This document shows, piece by piece, positions 52,131 through 64,000 of a stretch of 64,000 bases of DNA (positions within the stretch are counted from its first letter, which is position 1; each line of letters begins with the position of its first letter). The translations under genes were made by a program, and so were the position numbers. The notes beneath the pieces were generated by a model, which worked only from the letters and a program-made list of their open reading frames with translations, searched no databases and was not told the DNA's origin. Origin of the DNA: Octopus sinensis (taxonomy: Eukaryota); the NCBI RefSeq assembly GCF_006345805.1, contig NC_043003.1, positions 16,120,001-16,184,000 on the forward strand. Direction: 5' to 3'.

Positions 52131-52483
52131 GAAATATTAATATTGTTGTTATAATTGTTCAAAGAATGGTTAGCATAAATAATATCACTGTTATTATTTT
52201 CATTAAGTAGATTTGTATTTAACACGAAATGATTTAACAAGAAATGATTTGTGAAAGATTTTTGATCTTTGAAAAACTTATTCTTATTCGGAATGGTATC
52301 TGGAAAGTTTTGGAAAATTCTTATCTATAGCTTCACGAAACTAGTAAGGGAGGTTAGATTTGATCTGGTTATCATATGGAATGATCAGCCAAACAATTTT
52401 ACTAGGCCACACCTTGTTATTAGAGTATTTATCCTTAAAAGTCCAAGACCTATTTTTATTACGCATAAAGGATTATATCCCTA

Positions 52484-52541
<58 letters not shown>

Positions 52542-53269
52542 TGTTTGTATACATATATATACACACATATATATGCATATATATATATATACATATATGT
52601 ATACATAAATATATACACATATATATACATATAATTGTAAATTAATCATAAAAGGGTAAAATGTATCAATTAAATTAATTAATTAATCAATCAGTTAATT
52701 GATAATTTCACCAAGTAGATCGGTACGTTAAAATAACCTTTATAGGTAAAATTATACAAATATTTTATAATTTTGTTTATAATTATAAAACATTTGTATA
52801 TATACGTATATATATATAATATACGTGCTTTGTATATGTATGTTTGTGTATTTTAGGGGTTTCGAAAAGCAATGTATTTTCATGCAAATAGTCTGGTGTC
52901 ATACAACAAACAGCTCGCACACGTTGTATGAACATATACGCCATCTTCTAGCCCATAGAAGACAATGGATATAGTAAGCAACATATTCGGCATTGCATGC
53001 TTTACGAATTTCGTAAGGGCAACAATGGAAAACTAATGTACAGTATAACCTGATGGAGTGAGTATTCGGAAATGCGAAAATTTGTTTAAGAAATTCAAAA
53101 ATGGTGATTTTGACGTCTTTGATGGATATCGATCCGAATGATAACTTAAAGAACTTACATAACTGAAATATGTTTCGACCAAAGACTGGCCCAGACCATG
53201 TCTAAGTTAATAGCACCACCTGATAGGATGTGTTAATTATTTTATGTCAAGTTTTGTTTGTACCATGGT

Positions 53270-53575
53270 CCATTCAAGTAGGGAGTTGGTGACTGGGATG
53301 TACCGAGGTATGAGTGGCTTATCGGGTATCCCTTGAAGAAATTTCGTTTGAAGGAGATGGGATCTTTATCTTCTTTGATTTGTTTTGGGACAATGTTAAA
53401 TACAGCAGGACCTGTTGAGCAAAAGAAATTGTGTTGCAGTGAATTCTGTGTTGTGAGCCCGGATTGTCTAGGGAGCGTATGGAACGTGGCCACAGCCTTG
53501 GATGAATTCAGAATATGACGTTAGAGCCGTTTGGGCAATGCTCGTAGTATATTCTCCATATTGTGTAAATGATGT
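53270..53575 (-). pseudogene. CR1/L2-like LINE 3' remnant
   Basis: IHPRLWPRSIR; LQHNFFCSTGPAVFNIVPKQIKEDKDPISFKRN. Confidence 0.6.
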
Positions 53576-53585
53576 AGCGCTGTCG

Positions 53586-53734
53586 GTTTCCGTCTACCAA
53601 ATCCACTCACAAGGCTTTAGTCGGCCCTGAGGCTATAGTAGAAGACACTTGCCCAAGGTGCCACGCAGTGGGACTGGACCCGGAACCTTGTGGTTGGTAA
53701 GCAAGCTACTTACCACACAGCCACTCCTGCGCCT
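53586..53734 (-). mobile_element. SINE A head
   Basis: Near-consensus head on the minus strand. Confidence 0.9.
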
Positions 53735-54399
53735 GTTTTTATATATTTAATTTATTTAATTTATTTTTTTTAGTGCATGTTCTCTGAGTTGACTCAATTC
53801 TCGTAATATTTTGCTTAGTGTGGGGGAACCACAAGATGCGACAGTATTCCAGGTGTGGCCGCATGAAGGAGATGAGTGGAATGATGACGCCGCGAAAATA
53901 GGAATTTCAGAGAATCTATATCGAAATATCGGGGGCGTATCTCAAAGGCTTAATAAATCTTGGTTAATTGCGCAAGATCATCTGAAATAGATTGGGAAAG
54001 CGTAAAAAGAAGGGAATAGGGTACCTCATGAACTGCTTTCCAAGAATAAATCAGCGTGCCAACAACATAACCCAAGAAAAGATAAATGCATCAGGCTGGG
54101 GTGGGCCCTAACACACCCTCCTCCAGTACGGTCATATTTTCTCTTCCTGGGTACTTTACCAGTGGAAAAATATTCAGAAGCCGGGACGATGTCGAAACGG
54201 CACTCTTAGCATTTTCTCTTCTAAACGACCTGATACTTTTAGCTCTGAGAATCAGAAAACTTTTGTTTCGAAATAGGAAATTATTATTGCTGACGATGGC
54301 GATTAGATTTTGAATGAATGAATATATTTACGATGTTTTATGCTGATTTTAACTCGTTATATGAAATGCGATATTATTTTTCAGGACCCTTCATATGTA

Positions 54400-54611
54400 A
54401 ATTGTGTGTGCGTGTGTGTGTTTGTGCCTGCGTGAGTGTATGTGTGCGTGTGTGTTTGGCGTATGTAATGTGTGTGTTTGAGTATGTGTGTGTGTGCGTG
54501 TGTGTGTTTGTGCGTGCGTGTGTGTTTGGCGTGAGTATGTAATGTGTATGTTTGTACCTGCGTGAGTGTATGTGTGAGTGTGTGTTTGGCGTATGTAATG
54601 TGTGTGTTTGA

Positions 54612-54642
<31 letters not shown>

Positions 54643-54990
54643 GCGTGAGTATGTAATGTGTGTGTTTGTGCCTGCGTGAGTGTATGTGTGCGTGTGTGTT
54701 TGGCGTATGTAATGTGTGTGTTTGAGTGTGCGTGTGTGTATGTGTGTGTGTGTGTTTGGCGTGAGTATGTAATGTGTGTGTTTGTGCGTGCGTGTGTGTA
54801 TGTGTGTGTTTGGCGTGAATATGTAATGTGTGTGTTTGTGTGTGCGTGCCTGCGTGTGTGCATGTGTGTGTGTGAGTGTGTGGGTATGTGTGTGTATTTG
54901 GCGTGAGTATGTAATGTGTGTATGTTGGGTGTGTGTGTATGTGTGGGTATGTGTGTGTGTACGTATGTATATGTGTGTGTGTGTGAAGTA
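54400..54990. repeat. GT-rich compound minisatellite
   Basis: Recurring gtgtttggcgt(gagt)atgtaatgtgtg units. Confidence 0.85.
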
Positions 54991-55393
54991 GATATACAGA
55001 GAGGTAACCGTATGTGTAGGAGCGACGGGTTTCCTTCAACATATGATTGCAAATTATAACGCCACACAAGCGCACCTACATACACACACTCACACACACA
55101 CACTCACACGTGTGAATGTGAACAAAGACATTTGGACCTAATAATATATGGTGAACGCACAAACCATTTTGTTTTCTTGAGTTACATCTAGCTCGGTATT
55201 GATTTGATGAAAAACTGTGATTTTATATAACACGGATGTTATTGATCAGGAAGCGAACACCACTGTTATTATTACAACCGCCACCATCACCTCCCCTACT
55301 CCACTAACACCAGGATCACTACCAACCACCACCACCACCACCACCACCACCACCACTAACAATAACGACAGCAGCAGCAACAACAGTAATAAT

Positions 55394-55432
<39 letters not shown>

Positions 55433-57043
55433 TGTTATCATTTTAAACACCAACAACAACAACAATGCACCCACGCAAAAGTTTTCTTAACCAAATAAAG
55501 AAATCAGTGAGCGAACTATTAGTTTCACGTTTGCTTGCAAGAACGAACATATCTTGAATATGAATAAACAAGCCGAGAAGACAAGGCAACATTTTGTGAC
55601 AAAAACAAATGCATCTCAGCCAAAAACATTTTTTTTTATTCAGCAGAGAAAAATGGAAAGCCACCTACATATGTAGGCAATTTTATAAAACTTGTTTTCT
55701 CTACATCACATGTTTTTAAACTTCTTAATTTTTAATGTATCCTGTTTTATATGAAAGAACGTAATACGCGGTAATCCAAAAATTGAAAGAATCATGTAAC
55801 AGACGAAGAATCGAAGAACTTGTAGAAGTCCAGCATAAATTCTTGTATGCCCGGAATTAAATACTTTACAACGGAGCAAATCTCTTCGTTCCATCGAGGA
55901 ACAACTGAAACTAACTATAGCTGACATATGGATCGATATTTCGTCCATACCTGAGGGAAGAGCCTTGAAATCGTGTACTAGCCTTTTTAATTTAAAACTA
56001 AGCATGGACCCAAGCCGTATAAGGAATTGGTATGTCACACACCTATACACTGATGCCTTAAAACTTAGGTCAGCGAGAATCATAAGCATACTGGCACTGA
56101 GGTTGATCTCTGGCTTATCGACAACTTTGAGATACAAATTAGACAGATGGTTTGGACCGCTGTTACCAGAAATTATGTGATTGACTGATATTTTAATATA
56201 CTTATATGCCCCAAACGTTCCTTGAAAATTACAGAATCATACCAGAGCTCTTGCTTGTTGCGTGTTCGAAAGAAACGGCTATGAGACTAATGATTCAGGA
56301 AAGGAAGCTCAGCTGTTACGCAGGTGGAAGCAGAAGCCGACGCCACTTGAGAGTTCTCTGCTCCGAGGAGCTCGAACGAGATGAAAAATAAAAAAAAAAG
56401 AAAAGGCTGAGCAATGGAGCAGTGGACACTAGCAGCAACAGTAGATCATGGAATCTGCTGTTCCAACATCGCCGATAGTAAGCCTGTTGCAACTCTGACA
56501 GTGTCCAGAAAAACCACCCCGTTATCGATCCCGAAAAAGAACGACAGGTGTTACCTACTCCAAGTAGCACTACACGCAGGTTACGGTTCCATAAATAGTA
56601 GAGTAAGCCATCTCGTGCGCGGTCTCAGAATCTAGCGACCAGACCACCACCACCCCATCCCACTGCCATAGCAGCAGTAGCAACCAGAAACCCCACCACT
56701 CACATCATCTCGAGAGAATGGAAAGAATATAGACTACCAGCGGTAAGACCAAACTGGCAGATCCAAAGGTATAAAAATGAAAGACGATCCCAGAGATGAA
56801 GAGTGAACCTTAACAGACAGGAACCAAAAGCAGTGAGAAGTCCAATTCCATCTTTAGGATACAATCATAGATTTGAAAGTACTTTGTATAGACAGCAATA
56901 TGGTGTGGTGAAACCCTGGCCAACTCCTTTCATAAAGGAGACACTCCTTTCTAGATTAAGTTGAGGCGTGTTTGAAAGATTGAAATATAAACCAAAGAGT
57001 AAAGAAGGTGAACAGAATATACATAGGACAGGCTGTGTGGTAA

Positions 57044-57213
57044 GGCGTAGGAGTGGCTGTGTGGTAAGTAGCTTTCTTACGAACCACATGGTTCCGGGTT
57101 CAGCCCCACTGCGTGGCACCTTGGCAAGTGTCTTCTACTATAGCCTCAGGCTGACCAAAGCCTTGTAAGTGGATTTGGTAGACGGAAACTGAAAGAAGCC
57201 CGTCGTACATATG

Positions 57214-57257
<44 letters not shown>

Positions 57258-57262
57258 TATGT

Positions 57263-57306
<44 letters not shown>

Positions 57307-57524
57307 GTGTATGTTTGTGTGTTTGTGTTTGTCCCCCAACATCGCTTGACAACCGATGCTGGTGTGTTTACGTCCCCGAAACTTAGCGGTTCGGCAAAAG
57401 AGACCGATAGAATAAGTACTAGGCTTACAAAGAATAAGTCCTGGGGTCGATTTGCTCGACTAAAGGCGGTGCTCCAACATGGCCACAGTCAAATGACTGA
57501 AACAAGTAAAAGAGATTAAAAGAG
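57044..57524 (+). mobile_element. SINE A, full length
   Basis: Head, (GT)n and tail; short head duplication at 57024-57043. Confidence 0.92.
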
Positions 57525-59022
57525 AGTGTTTAATATTTCTTTATCCTACATACATATATCAAAGATCTTAAAATTTTCAGTCGTCGGTAACCATGTATAG
57601 CGCCATTTCATCCTTCTTTAGAGTCGTCAGCACGACATAACCCAAAGCAAGTAAACTACGCTAAAATTAAATTATTTTACAAAGTTCTTATAAAGAGAAA
57701 ATAGTTTACAGTTTGAAAAGCAAACTTATGCTAGACGCCGTTATCCTTACATAATAAAAAATAACAATAATTTCTTTTAAAACACGATAATAATGCCAAT
57801 AGCAATCACAACGATGATAGCTCTGACAATGATGCTGTTGCTGCTGCTGCTAATAATGATGATGATGATGATGACGATGACGACGAGGGGGAGGAGGAGG
57901 AGGAGGATTAGTGAGTACATGAGCATTGAAAGAATATAGCTGCATGTCTATCTTCCTGTTTTATCAATCTTTTTGTTCTGTCAAACGTCTGTCTACCCAC
58001 CAGCCTGCCTTTCTATCTATCTGTCTATCCGTCTATCTTTTTGTCTATTTGGTTGTTTATATGTCTTTCTAGCTCTCTGTCTGCCTTCGTTATTTGTAAT
58101 CGTTCTCTGCATTCGTTTGCTCGTGTTGTTTTCCGTCAAGACAGCCGCCTTCTTATTCCACATTTATTGTTCGCTTGGTAATCAAAAAAAAACGGATTAT
58201 ATCGATGTATGTACGCTGTTCTTTCATGGATAGTTGAAACAACACAAAAATAAACCAAAACGAAACAAAACAAATATAAGCTAAAACAAAAAAAATACCG
58301 AGAAAAAAATCTAAAGACAGTGTAGTATACAATATACTGTACTAATCCCCACAGAATCTGAACGAAAGACGTTCATAAAGTAACAACGAAGAACATATTA
58401 AAGAAACCAGTTCTTGAAACAATACTGAAGGGACGAATGGAAAAATAACCCTGATCACTTTTATCGATTCAACTATATTCATTTGTCTGCTTCATTTTCT
58501 TCGATTTTTCTCTTGATCTATTGTCCTTATTGTGTTTTGTTTGCTGCTGTCTTTCTTCTATTTCTTCTTCTTCTTCTTCTTCTTTCGCTGCTAGAAGATT
58601 ATCAAAGATTAACGAAAATAGCAAGCAAATGAGCTGGTCATGACTTGGCTTGTTTTGATCCTGTTTTGTTTTTTTTTTTAGTTTTTTATGTGGTTTGGCT
58701 GGGTTGTTTTTTTGTTTTCTTTTCTTTCAGTTCGGGAATAAATATAACGATATATATATCTTTAACATACCTATTAGAGTACTTTTCTTTATTGTGCATG
58801 CTTATATATTAGTTCGTAGTGGTATTGTTGATAAAGATTATCCATACAGATGAAAAGTAAGACAAAGAAAGGAAAGGATAGAGGGAGGGAAGGGAGGTAG
58901 GGAGAGGGAAGGAACTGCTTAGATGACATTTGGTTGGAAGCCATTTTAGTTAACCATTGATTATACGTATGTGTTTTCAGCGTGTGTGAGTGCGTGTATA
59001 TATATATATGTGTGTGTGTGTA

Positions 59023-59067
<45 letters not shown>

Positions 59068-59399
59068 CTATATATATGCATGTATGAATAAGTATATATA
59101 TATATGTGTGTGTATATATACATACACACATATATCTATATACATACATATAGGATATATATATGTATGTATATGCATAATAATATACGCATATATAGAT
59201 AGATGGATATATTTATATGTGTGTGTGCGAGTGTGTGTATTCATATGTACATAATTTTATGTTGGTATATATTGAAGCTAATATGAGCGAATATAAGTAA
59301 TACTTGATAACCCTTTCACGATCTGATATTCGCGGTTTGTTGAGAATGCTTGGTACTCAATTCAAGGTAGATATGTATGGTTTCTTAGCATCACTTTGG

Positions 59400-60060
59400 A
59401 GGAGAAGCGGACGTTGAAGAGGAGAAGCGGACTCAGAATAGAGGAAGTTTGATACCCACTTCGATGGTTTGCTTCGAATTACAGTGAATTTAAGCAAAAA
59501 CGGCATTTCGTGATCTCAAAAATGCAGACACTATGCTCGTTTTTGCAAGAGTGTCCAGTACTGAATAATGATCTCCATCAAATTTTTTGTGACATGCAAC
59601 CGGTAGAGGACTCGGGGCTGAACCGAGAAATGATATAACTGCCTCCGATGCAGAATTATATGAAGGCGGATGAGTGGTGTGTTATAGTCAATTTCCGATC
59701 CATAAGATAACTGAGCAGAGTTAAAAGTCTTGGCTCTGATGCTCGCTAAGAGATTGACGTTCATTGCTGATAGTGCTGTCAGCGCCTCAAATACAAGTGC
59801 GAGACCGGAAAGATTTAAACAAAGCAACCTTAACCTCATGTGATACATCGTTCAGTAGATCATGTCTAAATCTAATGAACAATTTGTATCAATCTAAAAC
59901 GTGTGTCCATCGCTGATAACTACATATTATGTATGTCTTCTTCAGGCACGTCTTCACTGATTTTATTCAAGTTCCAGATAAGGGCCCTCCATGACGTATG
60001 ACAGGACATTCAACATGTATCTACATCATGACAGCTAGGCAGAGTTGAAGTTCTATTTAA
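59400..60060. pseudogene. Possible scrambled RTE-like RT remnants
   Basis: Plus-strand KVLALMLAKRLTFIAD and DLKNADT; minus-strand SILSPLL.FN; motif order and strand are inconsistent. Confidence 0.3.
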
Positions 60061-60289
60061 TACTAAAGGCCTCGCAGTTCAATATTCCGTGGCCTCCTAC
60101 TGCAGCGAGTACTTTGCATTCTTCCCCACTTATTTGAGAATACAGGTGGTTTACCACCCGTATTCTCAAATAACATTTAAGTAATCATACCGAGGGTACC
60201 ACCAAAGCTGGATCTCTGATGGATATTGGTATGCATAGTATTCGAGGGGAGCGAAACCTTATGTGAAGAGAACGAAGTGGATGTACTGG

Positions 60290-60460
60290 TTCTGAGCCAC
60301 ACTCTATGTAAAGACAAGCATTTCGAAATGATCCAAGGACTCATATTCCTACCGGGAGCTGAAGAGGGAAGCGGTGTCCTTCCGTGAATTTGCCAAACGT
60401 GTTTGTGGCGAGAATGGTTAATGTGGATGGAGCAACTTTTAGCATTGCACTTGTATGTCA
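60290..60460 (+). pseudogene. Possible Tx1-like LINE 3' remnant
   Basis: SFREFAKR/VFVARMVNVDGATF resembles the 3433 fragment (VFHKRW..IASMLRV). Confidence 0.35.
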
Positions 60461-61581
60461 GAGAACAATGGCTGAGAGAAAGCACCTGCCTTTCGTGGTC
60501 AGAGTTAATCTTGAAGCTGTGGTTTTCTCTAGTTGGGAGTCCTTTTATATCAAGAGAACTATAACCATATGTGTATTAATGTATATGTATATATACAATA
60601 TATACCTTTGAGCTTACTTTTTTTCCATCTTTCATCAACCCACTTTAAGAAAATTCCCGCACTATGTATAATTCCTCTTTGTAATGTCCCCTTTTCATTT
60701 GATAACCCTGTGGTATATCGGAAAAGGAGATGATTGACACTGTACTGAAGAAATATGAGCTGGTAACCGTAACGCGTCAATCGTTCGCAAGTCAGCGATG
60801 GTCTGTAAGTTTTTACGGCGTAAGTGTTTCGTTTGGACAAGATCTGTAGGTGGATAGCAGATACGTTAAGAATACATTTACTGTACGACTAGTCTCATAA
60901 AGAATTTAACTGAGAGGTAACTATTCTTGAAATATCAACTGTAAGAATTTAATTGCTCCTGAAAGTAACTCTAGTCGAGAATCCTAAAGGCACATGTTGC
61001 CATCACGTACAATCAGCGTGATACATTGTGTGACAAAGCTGTACCTCGAATTAGAAATACAATCCAGCGGGCGGGTTTCTATACTGTTTCCGTCGGCTTG
61101 AGACTATAGAAAATTACACTCGCAAAAGATGCCATGCAATGGTAACGAACGCAGAACCTTGTGGTTGCGAAGCGAATTATTTAGCCATTCGGTCACAGTG
61201 CTGCGGCAAATACTATGCCAGGTGCTTTTGCTTATTTCCTTATCAAAATATTTATAAAATGACACGACATCTACCCAACTCTTGAGAGTAATTCTTTGTA
61301 GCTTAATGCAATAAAGTGTTCTCTGGTGTTCGTTTCTGTCTACGCATTCAAGGGCATTTAGAACATCTAATGCAGGGTTTCAAGCAACCATGATGGTGTC
61401 ACGTCCGTAGGAACCAATACTGTAAACTCCTGTTTGTCTTAATTTCTTATATACATGCATACATTGAGCATTATGTGTATTGATTAATTGATTCTATTTC
61501 GGGAGTTCTAGCGTCGTAAGGACTGTGGAGTCACCACTTAATTCTTATCACTCCTAGATCCGTTCTGGCCCGGAGGCGAAA

Positions 61582-62084
61582 TATTTTTCCCACGTGCGTT
61601 CTGGACCCCAATTATGAACTCACTTGCATACAGCCAATCAGAGCTAATTTATGTGCGCATAACAAGTGATAAGGTTACTTGGTTAAGGAATGACCATGCT
61701 TCATTTCTCTTTTAAGAATGCTTGTTCTTGTTTCAACTATGGCTGTCTCTGCGTAGTTATTTGCGTTGTTTACTTTGTAAAGCAGTAACGTGAGAGGGTT
61801 GCCTGCACATCACCCTCTACCCACATTTTTTCCATCCACATCTTTACCATATGGGGCCCTAACAAAATCCGATAATAGGTATAGATGCAAATCTGTCTAA
61901 TTACTTGTCTCCTTCTAAAATCAGGCATAACTTGGCGAACGGTCGACTTACAAAACTGTTCTTCGTCTTGAGTTTACTTGGTAGGGTATGCTTGTTAACT
62001 TGACAACAAGGTCAAGGTGAGCTTTCATTGGCTGTATGCAAATGCGTTCATTTCTTGGATCCGGAACTCTCGTGGGAAAAAAAT
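61582..62084. mobile_element. MITE-like element with long imperfect inverted ends
   Basis: tttttcccacg...atgaac...ttgcatacagccaat..agct mirrored at 62020-62084; no TSD identified. Confidence 0.55.
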
Positions 62085-62558
62085 TCACAGCCCGGAGTGG
62101 TAGAATCCGTCAGGTTCACAGCTATGGGTTAAATAAATTTCCCCAGGATAGAGGAGGCTCCCGTTGTTTTTGCTGAACTTCTAGCATTTATACTAATGTA
62201 CAGGTACCAATATCTCATTTAATTATTTAAGTAAATTTAATATTTGTTTAATTCAGAGTGTGACCACCACTCTTTCGGATAATACAAAATAAACCGCACT
62301 GGCTTTGGAACCAAGGGTTCCGGAATATTCGACATTGTACCTGTATGTATATGTGTGTGAATGCGTGAGCGCGCACATGTGTGTGTGTGTGAGATAAAGA
62401 GAGAGGGAGAACGAGAGATAGATAAAGAGAGAGAGAGAACGAAGGAGAGAGAGGCAATGGTACACAGTATGTCCAATGTGTTACTCTCCAAACTACGAAC
62501 TTAGTTTTGCCTCTTGGTTGATATGATGGCGTTTTAAACATAACCAATGTAAATATAT

Positions 62559-62631
<73 letters not shown>

Positions 62632-62719
62632 AGATGTACTGGCATAGCAAGTAATTTGATCTGAGATCGCGTGCTGAAACGAAAACAATTGTATATATAT
62701 ATATATATATATATATAAA

Positions 62720-62960
62720 TGCGCCATTTTAAAGCCAGGCACATGGGCCAGGTTTCCCGGTTTCTATAGCGTATGTGTTCCCCAGCTGGACGGGGACGCC
62801 AGTCCATCGCAGCGTTACTCATTTTTGTCATCTGATTGGACTGTAGCAACGTAAAATGAAGTGTTTTGCTCAAGAACACAACACGTCGCCCAGTCCAAGA
62901 ATCGAAACCACAATCTTACGATCATGATGCTGACACCCTAACCACTAAACCACGCGCCTC

Positions 62961-62963
<3 letters not shown>
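62720..62963 (-). mobile_element. SINE, head D plus tail Y
   Basis: gtggaggcgcgtggtttagtggttagggtg...ggtttcgattc; ttgagcaaaacacttc; gcgatggactggcgtccccgtccag. Confidence 0.82.
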
Positions 62964-63032
<69 letters not shown>

Positions 63033-63046
63033 TATATATATGTGTG

Positions 63047-63080
<34 letters not shown>

Positions 63081-63544
63081 TGTATGTATGCTTGCATGCA
63101 TGCATGCATGTATGTATGTATATATGTATTTACATGAAATGCAAGAGAAGTGAACACGTAATTACTCTGATAACGAACGGAACTGCACAATAGTATTGAA
63201 ATACCAGACAATATTAATGGATTGACATTAATTGGAGTCGATAAATAACATCGTTTAACATAATGGTAAATAATTGGTTGAAAACGCAGTAATAAGCATA
63301 ATGGTTATTTTATTGGAGAAACGAACACAGCCGGCGAATCTTTACAGTGTTGAGTACTTCATACACTTAATTACATAATAAGTATTTAATACTAAGACAA
63401 CACTGATGTGTTTAAAAGATTATAGACGAAATTGGTTCTCTGGGAGAGCTGCTGAATTGGGGGAAAAATATCGGGCATTTAGCGTTATTATAATCTTTTT
63501 GTTTAGTGGGGGGTGTTTTGTGTATTTCTTTTAGATCCACTGAT

Positions 63545-63720
63545 ATGGCTGTACGGGTAAGATGCTTGCTTTGTAATAACGAGCTGTTTTTTTTCTTTTT
63601 TTTTTTGGTTCAGTCTCACTGCACGGCACTTGGCCAAGTGTCTTCTGCTACTGATCCAAACCGACCAACGCCTTGTGAGTAATTTTGGTAGGCGGAAACT
63701 GTGTGAAACGCGTAACCACA
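63545..63720 (+). mobile_element. Degenerate SINE A head
   Basis: ggttcagtctcactgcacggcacttggccaagtgtcttc...gccttgtgagt. Confidence 0.65.
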
Positions 63721-64000
63721 TGTGTATCGTTCGCGATTTTTTTTTCCTTCGTCTTCTTTTCTATTGGACTTTCCTCCGTCTCCTTTTTCTGAAGAAGAGC
63801 TTTGCTCGAAATGTGAAACCACTTTTCTTTCCTTCCCTGAGCGTCTGCTAATACTAATATATATATATATTATTGTGTCTGGGGAGAGTCATTCTCCTTT
63901 ACTTAACACTCTCACCTGTTCGATTTTCACTCATTTACTTATTTATTTTTTCGAAAACATTTTCGTTGCGTCTTGCAAACTTTTCAATAGTCATTCATTC

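Larger units (their letters stand above)
52852..54395 (+). mobile_element. Decayed mariner interrupted by a CR1-like fragment and a SINE
   Basis: QHIRHCMLYEFRKGNN...FKKFKNGDFD (52965-53140); RVPHEL (~54020); GKIFRSRDDVETALL...DDGD (54165-54305); TIRs only weakly similar. Confidence 0.65.

Noticed and set aside
55706-56180. 143-aa and 71-aa ORFs in non-repetitive sequence
   Set aside because: No motif recognised on either strand; may be a decayed element but cannot be supported

Overview
AT-rich, microsatellite-dense eukaryotic DNA. Its SINE families look like those of octopus/coleoid cephalopods (recalled from memory, not database-checked). I found no recognisable host exon, RNA gene or CRISPR array, so the window looks intergenic or intronic. 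Most ORF-track entries are microsatellite artefacts. The only intact gene is a Tc1/mariner-superfamily transposase (42635-43681, DD38D by my count) inside an element with TIRs. The rest is layered mobile DNA: about four tRNA-derived SINE families, Penelope-like elements (PLEs) with hammerhead-ribozyme motifs, R4/Dong, RTE, CR1 and Tx1-like LINE remnants, mariner remnants, a non-autonomous Helitron and several MITEs. The strongest observations are: (1) PLE mini-insertions that form fold-back palindromes with fixed ends at (TA)n, including a 157-bp palindrome with a hammerhead motif on each strand; (2) SINE multimers sharing an exact self-complementary junction and a 184-nt headless unit; (3) the intact transposase, with an empty-site paralogue about 2.7 kb downstream.
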